Of a DNA stretch of 44,646 bases, positions 11,474-24,069 are shown in pieces (position 1 is the first letter of the stretch; each line of letters begins with the position of its first letter). The position numbers were made by a program, and so were the translations under genes. Source of the stretch: Fistulifera solaris (lineage: Eukaryota); contig AP026140.1 of assembly GCA_030295235.1 (NCBI GenBank), positions 992,001 to 1,036,646 of the forward strand, given 5' to 3'. Under the pieces are notes generated by a model. The model worked only from the letters and a program-made list of their open reading frames with translations, was not told the DNA's origin and made no database searches.

Positions 11474-13497
11474 ATGCGACGACGCTGCGCCTCAGAGTCG
11501 TGCTCGTCTACGTGGAGAGCCGAGCAAGAAGAATACTTGAGAGAACTTTCAGCACAACGAGGAGGAGTCGGCTCGAGATTCTCAAAACTTGTCAAAGGAC
11601 GACTGACGAAAAACAACAACGGTAGCAACTCTACTGAGAAAGGCATGAGTACTCGTGATGTTATCAGTTCCCGCCCTCGAGGAAGTGCGCCTAGCTCGGC
11701 GTTACGGAGAGATGCGGCGTCGGTGGCATCACAAAGTCTTGAAGGTATACAGTCGCACACCTCCAGCTTAGATACGGTCAAAGCTTCCAACACGAAGGAA
11801 GATGAAACAAACGACTCTGCGAAAAAGAAAGGAAAATGGAGTAAACTGAAGCGAATAATGGGCGTAAAACCGTCTTCCGAGGGTTTTAATTCCTCACCAC
11901 AGACAATCAACCCAGGTTCAAACGGCTTATCGAAGAGCACAAATCCTTTCGCTGCGAAGCGATCTCGCTCCGTTTCGGCTTCCTCAAATCAAGATATGGA
12001 GGATGACGCGATTCGGGGCAAGTACGATGGAATTGCTGTCATCGGAATGGGAGGGGCACAACACGTATCTTCTGTTTTGTATCCGTTCTATCCGGATGCA
12101 ATGCAGTTTCCGGAGGAGTTTCAAGATTGGCCTCGTCATTCATTTATAGGAGAGTCTTTACTCTTAGCGCCAGCAGAATTAGTTGCAAAAACTCTGCAGT
12201 CGGAAGTCATGCTTGATGGTTTCACTCCGGGCACCGATGATCGATGGTGCGTTCGTTTAGAGCAACAGAACTTGGCTGTATCACCGAGCAAAACTGCCGA
12301 TAGTGCCGCTACAAATACGACTTTGGCTACCACCGACAGCTCGGAAGAGGACGGTAGTGCAAAAGGTACGAGTCAACAGCTGTGGAATATATTATGGGGT
12401 CCCGGCCCTATCCCCACGACAATGCGAGACTCGCTACGCCGCGGCAACGCAAGTGAGGATCCGATTGTCGCGTTAGCCGCCGAATGTGCGGTCCCGATTG
12501 ATGTGGACGAAGATACTTTTATGATTAGCTCACGTGAACACTACAATGCTATACTTGAAATTGTTTCAATACAGCTCGCAGAACAAGGAAATCTCGACTT
12601 GGCTTTGGGAGTCTTCGACAAGGTTGTCAGAGGATTAGATACGTCCACAGATTACGCATTTCTCAAAGGGACGACGTTGCATAATATAGGTATGGTACAA
12701 CTTTGTAAAGGAGATTTCTCAAAAGCACTGGAATGCTTTGATCGAGCAGTGGAAGAGCGCACAACCAATCTTCCTAAAGGCCACCCAGACACTGTGGTGT
12801 CAATGGTTTGGAAAGGGGCAGTCCTTTTTGCGCTAAAACAATTTGAGGAAGCTATTACAACGTTAGAAGCGGCACTACCGTTGATTCCCAAAGACCATAT
12901 TGTGGCAGGAAAAGTGAGGAACAATTTGGGCGTGATTTATTACCATCTAAATGACTTTAATATGGCCATGAAAGAATTCACGGCCTCACTGGAAATACAG
13001 CGAACGTGGTTAGATACATCCGCAAGAAGGGAACCGTTTGTGCACGGAGCGGCCTCTACTCTTTCTAACATGGGACGCATATATCTCGAGCAAGGTAGCC
13101 CAGACTTGGCGTGCGAAGTTTACGAAGAAGCTTTATTGTTGCAAAGCACTATCTTTCGAAAGGATAACGAAGATGTCATGCAAAGTCTGATGAATCTTTC
13201 GATCTCCCATGCACGAGCGGGGAACTCTAAAAAGGCTCTCCAGATACTTCACGGGTGCGTTCGATCCACAAATCAACGATACGGGCCGATGAGCGCTCCA
13301 TCGATGGAGACAATTGGTTTCATGGGTTACATCTACATGAAGCGCAAAGAATTTACCGACAGTAGCAAATGCCTCACCAGCGTGAAATTGTGGCAAAAGA
13401 TCATTTGGTGGAAAATCATCCCGCCATCGAGCAAACCAGGGACATGCTTGCTGCACTGGGCGATGTTATTAGCAAAGGCGATAAAGTTTGGGTATAA
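11474..13497 (+). CDS. TPR-repeat protein (kinesin light chain/nephrocystin-3-like TPRs); frameshift near 13398
   Basis: Repeats such as TTLHNIGMVQLCKGDFSKALECFDRAV, KVRNNLGVIYYHLNDFNMAMKEFTASL and STLSNMGRIYLEQG. A corrected C-terminus DHLVENHPAIEQTRDMLAALG...WV* would end at 13497. Confidence 0.8.
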
Positions 13498-13539
13498 CTT
13501 CAAACTTTGTGTATAAGTGCATCGAGACGTACACTGCAT

Positions 13540-15266
13540 TTAGACATGTATGTGTTCGATCAGATTTTTGGGTTGTGTTGATCCATTGGATGCTCCCATA
13601 GTTGCTTTTCTCCTAGAACCAAACCGTTTCTTGTCGCATACATGTGATATCCGGCTACCAAACTGAATCGCGCGTTTCACCATCGAGCTAGCTGTCTCGA
13701 CCCCTAAAGATTCCGCCACTTTTCGTAAGATGCGCTTATCACCCTGCCCAGGTGGGAGGTTAAAATCACAAACCAAATTCAATGGCAAAGCAGCAATGTA
13801 AGACATGACATTCGTATCAAGAAAGGGGTACCTCGCCTCAGTTCCATGATCCGATAATACTCGATCATCTCGTCCCAAGTTACGTTCCCATAGCCGCTGC
13901 AAATCCAGATCCAGTTCTTTTCGAAGAGCTTCTTCTCCATTCTGGCTCCACGCTTTCCTGTGTCTCCCATAGCCTCCCATTTGTTCATCTGCTCCCAACC
14001 CACTCAAAAGCACCCTCGCAGGAGTCGCTGCCTGTGCAGCAAACCACAACGCCGTAGCAATATTAAGATCCATAGTGCCATCTTTCGGATGAATCAAAGC
14101 ACGAACATGCGTTTCAATTTTTGAATTTCATTCCAATCCACTTGATGCGGAATGAATTGTAAGCTGGAATGTTCCGGATACAATTGTTGAAGTTCTTGGT
14201 AGGAAAGTAGCGCAGCTTGCGTATCCGCAGCATCGGAAGAAAAACCTCCCCGTACTATCGGATACCGACGAATGTATCTCGACAAATGATACGTTCACCA
14301 GTAATACAGAGAATGTCGGCGGAACTACTTTCAACGCCAATGCCGCCAAAACAACGGAATCCAATCCACCCGAAAATAATATGGCTACCGACCCCGTGTG
14401 CAATGGTATTCGGCGTCGAACAGCCATTTCTAATAATTCCATAAGTTGCAAAGCAGCTAATTCAGCTGAAGTGGGAAGAGTTGAAACGGCGAATGGCGGC
14501 ACGGCAAATGGTTGAGGTGCCCAAAAGCGATTTTCTCTCCATGCATAGCCATGCACCATACCAGGTGAGACTTCTTCCCAGAGGCGCATCGTGTCGGTAG
14601 CCACTGAACTTAATTCAAAAGTTATACAGGCAGATCCAATGTCTTCATTGCCGTCGTCAAAATTTTCTTGTGATCTGTTGATTATTATTTCGCGATGATA
14701 GAATAGAAGTGATCGCCGACCCAGTGGATCCCTCCCGTAATAAACAGCAGTTGGTGTTACAACGCAGAATGCGTACTCGGCATTGATCAGTGTCGAGCAG
14801 TAGTACGCTATTCCTTTCATGATTCGAACAGGATCGTCATCGTCGTTGAACTCGAGCAATATCGAGCGAATGGCATCCGCAAAAGAGATGTATCACTCAC
14901 ATCGTCCTGCCACACCTCGCTCACTGTAGCATCAAGCTCGGCACTACTTGATAGTGTCTGCTGTTGGTAAAGTTCTCCATTCCAAGAGACAAACGGCGGG
15001 GTTTCAAAAACAGGTTGAGCTACGAATGCATCACGCAACTGCAGAACCGAAGCTTGCAAAACAACACGGCAATCGTCATGTTCGAGATATTGTTCTCCAC
15101 AACCATCCGGTCCTCTGCGTTTTAAGGATTGAGGAACAGAATTACTGGCGTTGCAAACTTTGTTGTTCATTTCATGCGCGTTTGCCTTGTTGCTGTCCTT
15201 TTCTTCGGTCAACGAAGCTGCACCGACATACTGCTGTTTGAGTACCAACAACCGAATACCACACAT
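13540..15266 (-). CDS. ASNSD1: Asparagine synthetase domain-containing protein 1; about 3 frameshifts
   Basis: N-terminal MCGI, KRRGPD, ASVLQLR, WNGELY, GRDPLGRRSLL, LFSGGLDS, MDLNIATALWFAA, LSGLGADEQMGGYGRH, RNLGRDDR, KRAIQFGSR spread over four ORF fragments. Confidence 0.9.
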
Positions 15267-15597
15267 TCTACTGAGAATTCCTTCGCATTTATGTTAAGGA
15301 AGCACAAGAAGGGGTGTGACAGCTTTAATTCATGAATAATCATCGATTACAAAGCACAACAATGTAGGCAGGCATTCTTGTCAATATTTTTGCGGCTCAT
15401 CATCATCGTATCGTCAATAGTTCAGCAGTCACGAACAAAATGAATCACGAACTAATTTTCGACCGAATTTGCTTTAAATTTAGACTATGACTCGAATTGA
15501 TGATGAGAATTTGAAATGAATTGCTTTAGTTCATATAATAAAATCTTATGCGTTGACTCGTGCATTGACGGCCGAGAAAGCACCGACGCTCCAAAGT

Positions 15598-16122
15598 TTA
15601 GATAATCTTGACATGGCAGGTCGCACCTCGAATCGCGGTTCGGCAAGAACGACTGAGCCACCAGCTGTAGGTGAGCGCGGCAAGGTTGTCCTGGCAGTCA
15701 TCGTGAACGTCAGCGACAAGAGGAGTGTAGTCGGTCAACTCTCTTTCTTCCAAATGGTCAGCCTTGCGTAGCTGGCGACGAAACTGGCAATTGTACATTT
15801 GATTGCAGAGGCTACGGGGGTAAAGACGTCTGCAAAAATCACAGTTGGGTGTACTCACAGCGAGCTCGCGTCGGATTGCAGAGCCGATTTCCCATACCGG
15901 GGTAAGATAGTTGTAGGTGAACAGCGTCATGTCAATGTCGGCAAGCATTTTACGGTCAATGTAAGCAAGTTCACCGTCGGTACAAGCGGAAGGCGCGGCT
16001 TGCTCATTGACGTAGTAGACGACCATCTCGGGGGCCTCCTGTTGCGCAAAGAGGAAGGCACTGGTGTAAGGAAAGATCGACGCCAAAGAAGTGACGAGAA
16101 TGGCTAGGGCAAAGTGTTTCAT
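15598..16122 (-). CDS. Small secreted Cys-containing protein with RXL motifs, unknown function
   Basis: ATG 16122 begins a signal peptide MKHFALAILVTSLASIFPYTSA. Internal RREL, RRQL and EREL motifs and 8 Cys are present. Confidence 0.65.
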   Translation of the reverse strand: MKHFALAILVTSLASIFPYTSAFLFAQQEAPEMVVYYVNEQAAPSACTDGELAYIDRKMLADIDMTLFTYNYLTPVWEIGSAIRRELAVSTPNCDFCRRLYPRSLCNQMYNCQFRRQLRKADHLEERELTDYTPLVADVHDDCQDNLAALTYSWWLSRSCRTAIRGATCHVKII

Positions 16123-17092
16123 CTTGAGCCGAGGTTTCGTTTGACGTTTGAATGGTTTCGACGCGAGAAGAAATAATGGCAACCAAGAGCGAGCTAAAAA
16201 ATGATAGTGTGCTTTCAGCTTTCAGGGATCCGGAACAAATAATCGTCAAAAGATTTTTTGGAAAAAAAATACGATTAGATGAGTAGGGAAGGCGTCGAAA
16301 GCGTGAGGATGTTAGAGTCCCCCTTTCTCAATTTTCAAAGGTTGCTGAACCCTCGAGAGCGAGAGTCGATAAGATGAGATAAATTCGGTAGGTAAACGAG
16401 CATCCGGGGCGTCCGACCCTAAGTCTACAGTGACTATGTCCATTCATAATCGAAGTTTCTGAATGAAAAGAAAAAAAAGAAGATATTTGCGACAAAACAG
16501 TGGAAAATTCAGTCGAAAATTCAATAATCCTAGTAAAATTAATTTATTTGAAAAAAATTCATAAAGACTGCACATATTCTGGACATTAGGCAACAGGTAG
16601 TCTCGAGAGTAGAGACCTCAGACATTAGGAAGGTTGACGGTTGACGGTACAGTAGACGCTAGACATTAGACATTAAGACAATCAGAAAATTCTACAATAA
16701 ATTCGTAAGACCTTACTAGACACTACTGTAGGCATTTAGACACTAGCTACGTACCTAAAACAGTGTAAAAAGCGAGACGCTTGACAACTAAGTAGCTATA
16801 AGCCATATGCTATATGCTATAAACTATGATCTATGATCTATCATCTATAATCTATACCAGATACCAGTAAAATGTAATCCATCGTCCCTTTCCCATTTCT
16901 ATTTCCCATCGTTTTTGCTTCTTTTCCTACAGTATTCCAAGTAAAACGTATTTGCTAATGATCATTGATCAACTAATGCTTAATGCATTATGGATTGTGG
17001 AGTCTATGGTCTATGATCTACTTCGGATAATCATTCGTGGAAGCAATAAGAAATACGGAGTAATTGTCGACACAAGATACCAGGTACGGAGT

Positions 17093-17383
17093 TAGGGTTC
17101 TGTACGGGTTGATCCCTTCATCCGGTGTAACCCTTCATGAAGGGGTGAAGGCCTTCACAGAAGGGTTGTCCGATCGAACCCTTCCCGTGAAGGGGTACTC
17201 ATAACGTATTCTTTTGACGCCCAAACTTCCACGTGGAGCAAAAACAGAGGGTTGAGACTTCAGTCACGCTCATTTTCGGCTCGGGACTGAACCCTTCTCG
17301 AGAAGGGGTACATGAAGGGTTCGAGTGTCCGCCGGACCCTTCTGAAGTGAAGGGTTCGAAAACCCAACCCGTACAGAACCCTA
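17093..17383. mobile_element. Non-autonomous DNA transposon (MITE), 291 bp
   Basis: Perfect 19-bp TIR tagggttctgtacgggttg (17093-17111) / caacccgtacagaacccta (17365-17383). Flanks gtacggagt and ttacggagt form a near-perfect direct repeat. Many internal cccttc/gaaggg subterminal motifs. Confidence 0.85.
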
Positions 17384-18194
17384 TTACGGAGTACAAGATT
17401 TTGATGCGTGATGCGTGATGCGTAAACCTACGATGAAGAATGGGTTCACAGTTCACAGAGAATTTTTAATCACAAGACTACGGGTTGATAAAAAGGAATG
17501 AAGAGGCAGACCAATGAGAGGTCGGGAAGGAACATAGACGAGGTCTAGAGCCGAAGGAACAAGGACCTTAGATGACGCGTCACTTGAGTACCGAATACCG
17601 AAAGTAGAGCGACTAAAGACTGAAGACTAAAAGACCCAGACACTAGACACTCTAGAGACCCTGGAGAGCCTACCAGTATAGCCTAGTGTACTTCATCACT
17701 GTTTTATATTCCTCCGTGGGCCCCGGACTAGATGGCTCTAGCCTCTAGCCACCATTTAGATTCACGGCTCTAAAGTCTAGAGAGATGCTAGAGCTACCTG
17801 GTACAGATCGAAGATCGGTGTTCTGTGGCTGTGACCTTGAGTCTTGAGTCTCGGTTCTCTACAATCTCTTTCTTGTCTCTAGAGACTAGACTACAGAGAG
17901 AGAAGAGAGCAGGAGAACGGAGAGCAGGAGAGAGGAAAGAGAAAGAAAGAGAAAGCGAAAGATTGTGAGAGTAAGGACGTATAAAATTTGAGAGGTCTAT
18001 TTTTTACTGTTTTTTTTACTATTTCTTGAATAAGGTTAAGGAATAATGCTGTTCGTGAATGAGCCGAAAAATGATCGAATGAATAAGCGCTGGCGGATGC
18101 GCAGCACATCATAATAACATGACCATTACCAGTATTATTTCTAAACACTACGGAGTGCTATTTATTCCGTCTTTCAATACATAAACAAGCTAAA

Positions 18195-19186
18195 ATGAAC
18201 TTAATACAAAGAGCTTGCGTCAAGTATCGACCGACTGCATTACAGCGTGTGAAGATAGAAAATGCTATCCGCCAACATCAACATCAGAGGCCGCTTCCTC
18301 AAATGCCCGTCTCTACTGCTTTCAATCATTCATTTCAGCCTACCCGTTCCTTTTCCTTTTCTTCTATCTTTGATACAAAATACAACAATAACGATCATCG
18401 TCATGAAGGAATCGAAATGCATCCGCAATCGATCAGTAATCAAATTCAGCCGGGAAATTTCATCATTCGTCCCGGACCCACGCAAAAGAAACGATACACC
18501 GAATTTGTTTATGGATATTTCTGGATGCTCAAAGATCTGTCGAAATCAAACGAGAAGCCGATTTTATCGAATGTCGAACTAATACCAGAAGCAAAAGCGA
18601 AAACGTTTCCCCGACTATCACAAATCAAGTCGCTGACTGGACATGTTGTAAACCTACCCGAGTATTTTTGGCGGAAGAATCGGGCGATGGATGCCCACGC
18701 ACAGTGCACGGTTGTGGCGGTGAGCTTTCGGGATTTTGGCTATCAGTTGTTATCCAGTTGGTTGAATACGTTTCGAGAAGCCTTTGCGGAAAGCAACAAA
18801 GGGATCGTGTCGAAATTATTCGATTGAATATTTCGGAAGGATGGTTTCATAAGTACATTCTGAAGGGTTTCATTCTCGGTTTCACGAGGAATAATACGCC
18901 GACAGAAGAGCATGATCAGACCTTTGTCTATTTCGGCAGCAGTCAGCAATTGGAGATTTTTCGCGATTCCTTGCGAATGCACAATGCTATGACGGGTTAT
19001 GTCTTTCTGCTAGATGGATTGGGACGGGTCCGCTTTGCGGGCTGCGGTCCAGCCACTGACGAAGAAGTCGAGCGGCTGGTAGGAATGGCCAACGAGTTGA
19101 TGTCGCCTGCCAAATTCGATTGGAGTGCGCCGCGTTCTACTTCCGGACGAGGAGTTTCTGCCAACAAGCGACCGAAACGTAGGTAA
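18195..19186 (+). CDS. ATP10: Mitochondrial ATP synthase assembly chaperone ATP10-like; frameshift near 18800
   Basis: Arg-rich presequence-like N-terminus, LIPEAKAKTFP, and C-terminal FRDSLRMHNAMTGYVFLLDGLGRVRFAGCGPATDEEVERL typical of ATP10. Confidence 0.8.
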
Positions 19187-19237
19187 TTTTTGAACGCATA
19201 AAAAGTGACGTTACAATAATTACAAATCTATTTACTT

Positions 19238-19949
19238 TTATTTCAAGGTAGCTCCGTCGTAACTGCAGCCTTCATGAACCACATCTTTCATATTCGCGGT
19301 ACAGATACCCAGCTCGAGTGCCTTGGCCTCCATGGCATCAATGATAGAGGAGTCGGGATTCTGTGCTCGCGTGAAGAACCACAAACCTTGACCATTTCCA
19401 ACACACGGTAAAAAATCCAATTTTGCAATCTTCTCGCAAGGTACACAGGAACGAATCTGCCGAGCAGGCTCCTTCCTGATCGGGTTGTCCGGCTGTGACG
19501 ATGGCCCACTCGTAATTCGGATCAAAAGCCACCACCCAGTAATCACCTCCCAACGACGCTGGTACGTAACAAGGTGCGACACGAAGTTCTGCTGGTTTAC
19601 GGAATCGAAAGCGCGGTGTAGCACACAGCTTAAAGTCTCCGTTCGGACTTGGTCCATTGACGGCACCACTATTGGCATAATTGCGGACTGTGATGGCTCT
19701 TCGACCCCATTGACGCTCACCTTCCTTGTTGTAGGTGGCTACGATGCAGTACAGATCATCTTCGGGCTGATAAGTATTCGTCTGCTGCCGTTGTATGTAC
19801 CAACTTTTCTCAATGTATTTGTCAACATCAAAGTCATCCGGTGTCTCGATCTTCGCGCAATTATTCCCAAACAAACGGGCGTTTGCCGGGGAGCAGCATA
19901 GTGCGGCGGAAAGAAAGAGGATGAATAGGTTCATTACAATGTACATCAT
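19238..19949 (-). CDS. Secreted lipocalin (apolipoprotein D/Blc-like); frameshift near 19412
   Basis: Signal peptide; DFDVDKYIEKSWY (SCR1-like), CIVATY, GDYWVVAFDPNYEWAIV (SCR2), and after the shift GLWFFTR (SCR3). Confidence 0.85.
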
Positions 19950-20444
19950 CTTGCTGCTGTAAAGTGAATAGCAAATGTAAGCGAGAATTTATGAGATACT
20001 GCAGAAGAAAATAATGAAATGAGCGATGGGAAATGGAAAGGAGTGAGTTACTCCGTAGAAACGATTGGAATGTTCGAGCGAAGTCCAGGATGCCCTCGTC
20101 AGCTCGATGTTTCTGACGTGGATTTGCAACGTATCGTACATTGAAACACAAATCACAAAACCACGATTATTGCATAGTATAGAACAAGTAAAACAAAGCG
20201 GAATGGCGAAATGTACCTTTAGCAGTAACGGACTCCCGTGAAAATGTCTCTCCGAAACTCCATTTCTTTTGACAACGCCCTTGCCGCCGATAATCCAAGA
20301 GACAGGCTAATGAAAGTTTATACTCCGTAAATAACAAGGAAGGAGCTCGGATTGGAAATCACATCTTCAAAAAATAAATGATAAGGAACTCGTAATGGCG
20401 TAGCTCTAATGTAGAACTTGACTTACCGATTGAGTAGACTACAA

Positions 20445-20965
20445 TTTTTCTGGAACACAAAAAGCTGTTTGAGCTAAAACCGTTTCCAGCGATTCTGACT
20501 ACTGTCAGAATTTCTGTATTTTGCAAAACCCAATCCAGAATTTTTGGAACATGTAAGAAATCTCTGTATGACGCAAAACACAGATTTTAGGAATGGACCG
20601 CAACTTTTTGTATGACGGAAAGCACTAATACCCGAATTTTTTTGAATTGTGACGCAAAACACCGATTCCAGAAATTCTGGAATGGAAACAGAATTTCTGT
20701 AAGACCTATAATTACCTTTTCCAGATTTTCTGGAACATGCACAAATCTCCTTGCGACGCAAACACCGATTCCCGATTCATTCATCTAGATTACCAGGTTA
20801 TGTCTGGAATGTACCAGCAATTCTTTTTGTTTCAAAAAAAGGTTTCCTGAATTTTCGAAAAACTCGCGGATTTTGTGTGACGCAAAAACCACAAAATCCA
20901 GAATTTCTGACTTTGTGACAATATTTATCAATTGCTCAGAATTGCGTTTACAGAATTTCTGAAGC
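20445..20965. repeat. Degenerate sub-repeat array (cagaatttctg, tttctggaa and gacgcaaaac motifs), likely a decayed transposon
   Basis: gacgcaaaa/gacgcaaaac near 20570, 20651, 20755 and 20879. cagaatt at about 20506, 20537, 20689, 20899, 20937 and 20951. Confidence 0.55.
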
Positions 20966-21078
20966 AAAACTTACATGGAATATTATTTGTACTTGTAGGT
21001 ATCAACGCAAACACGTGTTTCAAACTAAATAAATCAAATCTATCTAAGGCGGTTATAACTAGCTATGCCTCTTTCTTT

Positions 21079-24069
21079 TCATTCAAATCCAGTGAATACA
21101 GCATTGTCTTTCGCAGGAGGCGCTGAATAATTGCTGGCCTTAGTAATCTTCAATCGTTCGTTCTCCACGCCGACCGAAATGGTGTCGCCATCGTAGTACT
21201 CGCCTGCCAAGATACCGCGAGCAATTACCGTTTCCAGTTCACGCTGAATAGTTCGCTTGAGAGGACGGGCACCATAAACTGGATCAAAACCGACATCCGC
21301 TAAAAGTCGAGAGCCGCTTCGCTGACATGAATCTCGATTTGGCGCTCCGCAAGGCGCTTCTCCACCCGTCTGACTTCCAGCTTGACAATGTTGCGTAGAC
21401 TGTTCTTGCCCAAACTATTGAAAATGATGTATTCGTCAATGCGATTCAAAAATTCAGGACGGAAATTTTCTTTCATGGCTTGGGTTACTCGCTCTTTCAT
21501 GATAATTTGTGCGTCTGGTTCATTCGATCCATTTAGATCAAGAATATCTTGACTTCCGATGTTGCTAGTGAAAATGCAGATGGTGTTTCGGAAATTCACC
21601 ACGTTGCCTTTAGAATCAGTCAAGCGACCATCGTCCAACATTTGTAGCATAACATTGTACACATCAGGGTGTGCCTTTTCCATTTCGTCAAACAAGATTA
21701 CCGAATACGGTTTGCGGCGAACGGCATCAGTTAACTGGCCGCCCTCGTCGTAGCCTACGTATCCAGGAGGGGCACCAAGAAGGCGAGAAACGGTATGTTT
21801 CTCCATGTATTCCGACATGTCGATACGAATCAAAGCATCTTCACTGTCAAACATAAACTCAGCCAAGGCTTTGCAAAGCAAAGTCTTACCAACACCCGTC
21901 GGACCCAGAAAGATAAAAGAAGCAATGGGCTTGTCAGGATCATTAAGACCAGCGCGGGATCGTTGCACGGCCTCTGTTACGGCTTCGACGGCCTCTTCTT
22001 GTCCAACAACTCGGTTCTTCAACTTCTCTCCCATTGTCAAAATGCGATCTTTCTCGGTTTCCAACAATTTACCAGGAGGGATTCCGGTCCAAACAGCCAC
22101 AACTGCAGCAATATCATCAGCAACGACTTCGTCACGGAGCATTTTCTCGCGGTTGTTCATATCGGATTCCGTTTCCATGGCATCCAATTGCGCCAGTTCC
22201 TCCTCCAGAGGCGGAAGGGCCGAGAACTTCAGTTCAGCTGCCTTGTTCAAATCATACTCGCGCTCTGCTTTTTCAATTTCAAACTTAATGCCCTGAATCT
22301 TTTCTTTCAATTCGTTGAGACGATTCACTCCACCTTTCTCGGCCATCCAACGAGCGGTCAAATCCTGTTGTTCTTTCTGCAGCTGCAAGAGCTCCTCATC
22401 TAGCTTTGCCAGACGGTACGACTCCTCTGGCGTAGACGAACCGTCTTTTTTCAAAGTCGGAGCGCAACGACAGCCGTTCCATCTCCAATTGGATAATGCG
22501 ACGATCAATCTCATCTAAGACCACAGGCTTGCTGGTGATTTCATTTTTCAGCTTCGCACAGGCTTCGTCGACAAGATCAATGGCCTTGTCAGGCAAGAAG
22601 CGGTCCGGGATGTACCGATGACTGAGCTTGGCCGCCGCAAGTAGAGCTTCATCACGAATACGAATACCATGGTGCAACTCATAACGTGGTTTAAGACCAC
22701 GCAAAATACTGACAGTATCTTCAGGAGTCGGCTGATCAATCATAACCTGTTGAAAACGACGTTCCAAAGCCTTGTCCTTCTCAATGTACTTTCGATACTC
22801 ATTCACTGTAGTCGCACCGATGCAACGCAATTGTCCTCGCGCCAAAGCTGGCTTCAAGAGATTACTGGCATCCATGGATCCCTGTGCGGACCCAGCACCG
22901 ACAACAGTATGCATTTCGTCAATAAAAGAATAATCTCTCCGTCACTCTTCATGACTTCCTCAAGAACAGCTTTGAGTCGCTCCTCAAATTCACCACGCAT
23001 CGTCGCACCGGCTACCAACGCTCCGAGGTCGAGACCAATCAGGCGACTGCCTTTCAAACTTTCCGGAACATCTCCATCAACGATACGTTGAGCAATGCCC
23101 TCCGCAACAGCCGTCTTTCCGACTCCAGGGTCTCCGATCAACACAGGATTGTTTTTGGTTCGTCGCGATAAGATTTGAATAGCACGTCGGATTTCGTCAT
23201 CACGACCGATCACTGGATCTAATTTGCCTTCGCGAGCTCGTTCGGTAAAATCAATGCCGTATTTGTTGAGTGCATCGTACATATTCTCCGCACTTCGCGA
23301 AATGACAGGCCCCGACTTTTCACGCATGCCTTTGACAATAGTCAGCAAGTCCTGGTATTTAACATTTTGCTTGAAAAGAGCATCGCGAGTAAAAGGGAAT
23401 CTTCCTTGGCGAGCGCCAGCAAGAGACCTTCGGAAGATACAAATGAATCCTGTGAAATGAAAAGCAATAAAAATGATGAGTCAAAGGATGGATGCGTCTA
23501 CCATAACATCTCTCGAATCACAACTTACACCTAGTACACTCTTGACTTGCGTCGCACCGTCCAATACGGCTTGCAGCGATCGTCCCATGGTCTTCTGCGC
23601 CCCGGAATCCGCACTAATCTTGGCCTGTCTCGCCAAAAAGTCATCGAGTTCTCGACGCAAGTCGCTCACGTTACACTGAGCTTGCGTTAAAATACGTTCC
23701 ACAACCTTGCGCGCCGCTTCCGCGTCGTCACCGGCGTTGTGTTTCTTGGGATTGAGCAGTAAATCCAGCATCAAAGGTGCTTCCACATTCGACGATTGAT
23801 GGAATTCGGCGGCTTTGGTCAAACTAGCGATCGCACTCCAGGCCGCGTCGGTGTATTTGGCTTGATTAAAGTCATCAGCAGACATTTGAAGTCTAGAAGA
23901 GCGACGATAAGGTGTGCTTGTCAAGAACAAAGAGGGAGCTAGTGTCTTTGGCGATCGAGAAAAGGTCGACGAAGGCACGAGTGCAGCAGGACAAAAGGCG
24001 TTCGAATGTTGCCATGTTGTCGAAGCAATACTGAAAAGAAAAAAGAACTGCGCTGTTTCCAAGCTTCAT
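21079..24069 (-). CDS. clpB: Plastid-targeted ClpB/Hsp100 disaggregase; intron 23450..23528; about 5 homopolymer frameshifts
   Basis: [47 protein letters not shown], coiled-coil middle domain, [50 protein letters not shown]. The repaired N-terminus [25 protein letters not shown] is a signal plus Phe transit peptide. Confidence 0.95.

Noticed and set aside
17092..17099. Interstitial telomere seed TTAGGGTT
   Set aside because: It is a single unit that forms the start of the MITE terminal inverted repeat.
20445..20965. Heat-shock element array controlling clpB
   Set aside because: It lies 3' of clpB, and most motifs are GAA-n-TTC with one spacer base, not the canonical nGAAnnTTCn phase.
21079..24069. 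Programmed ribosomal frameshifting or pseudogenisation of clpB and other genes
   Set aside because: The breaks examined are one-base losses in homopolymers with no shared slippery/stop motif and no accompanying nonsense or missense decay. Sequencing error is the simpler explanation.
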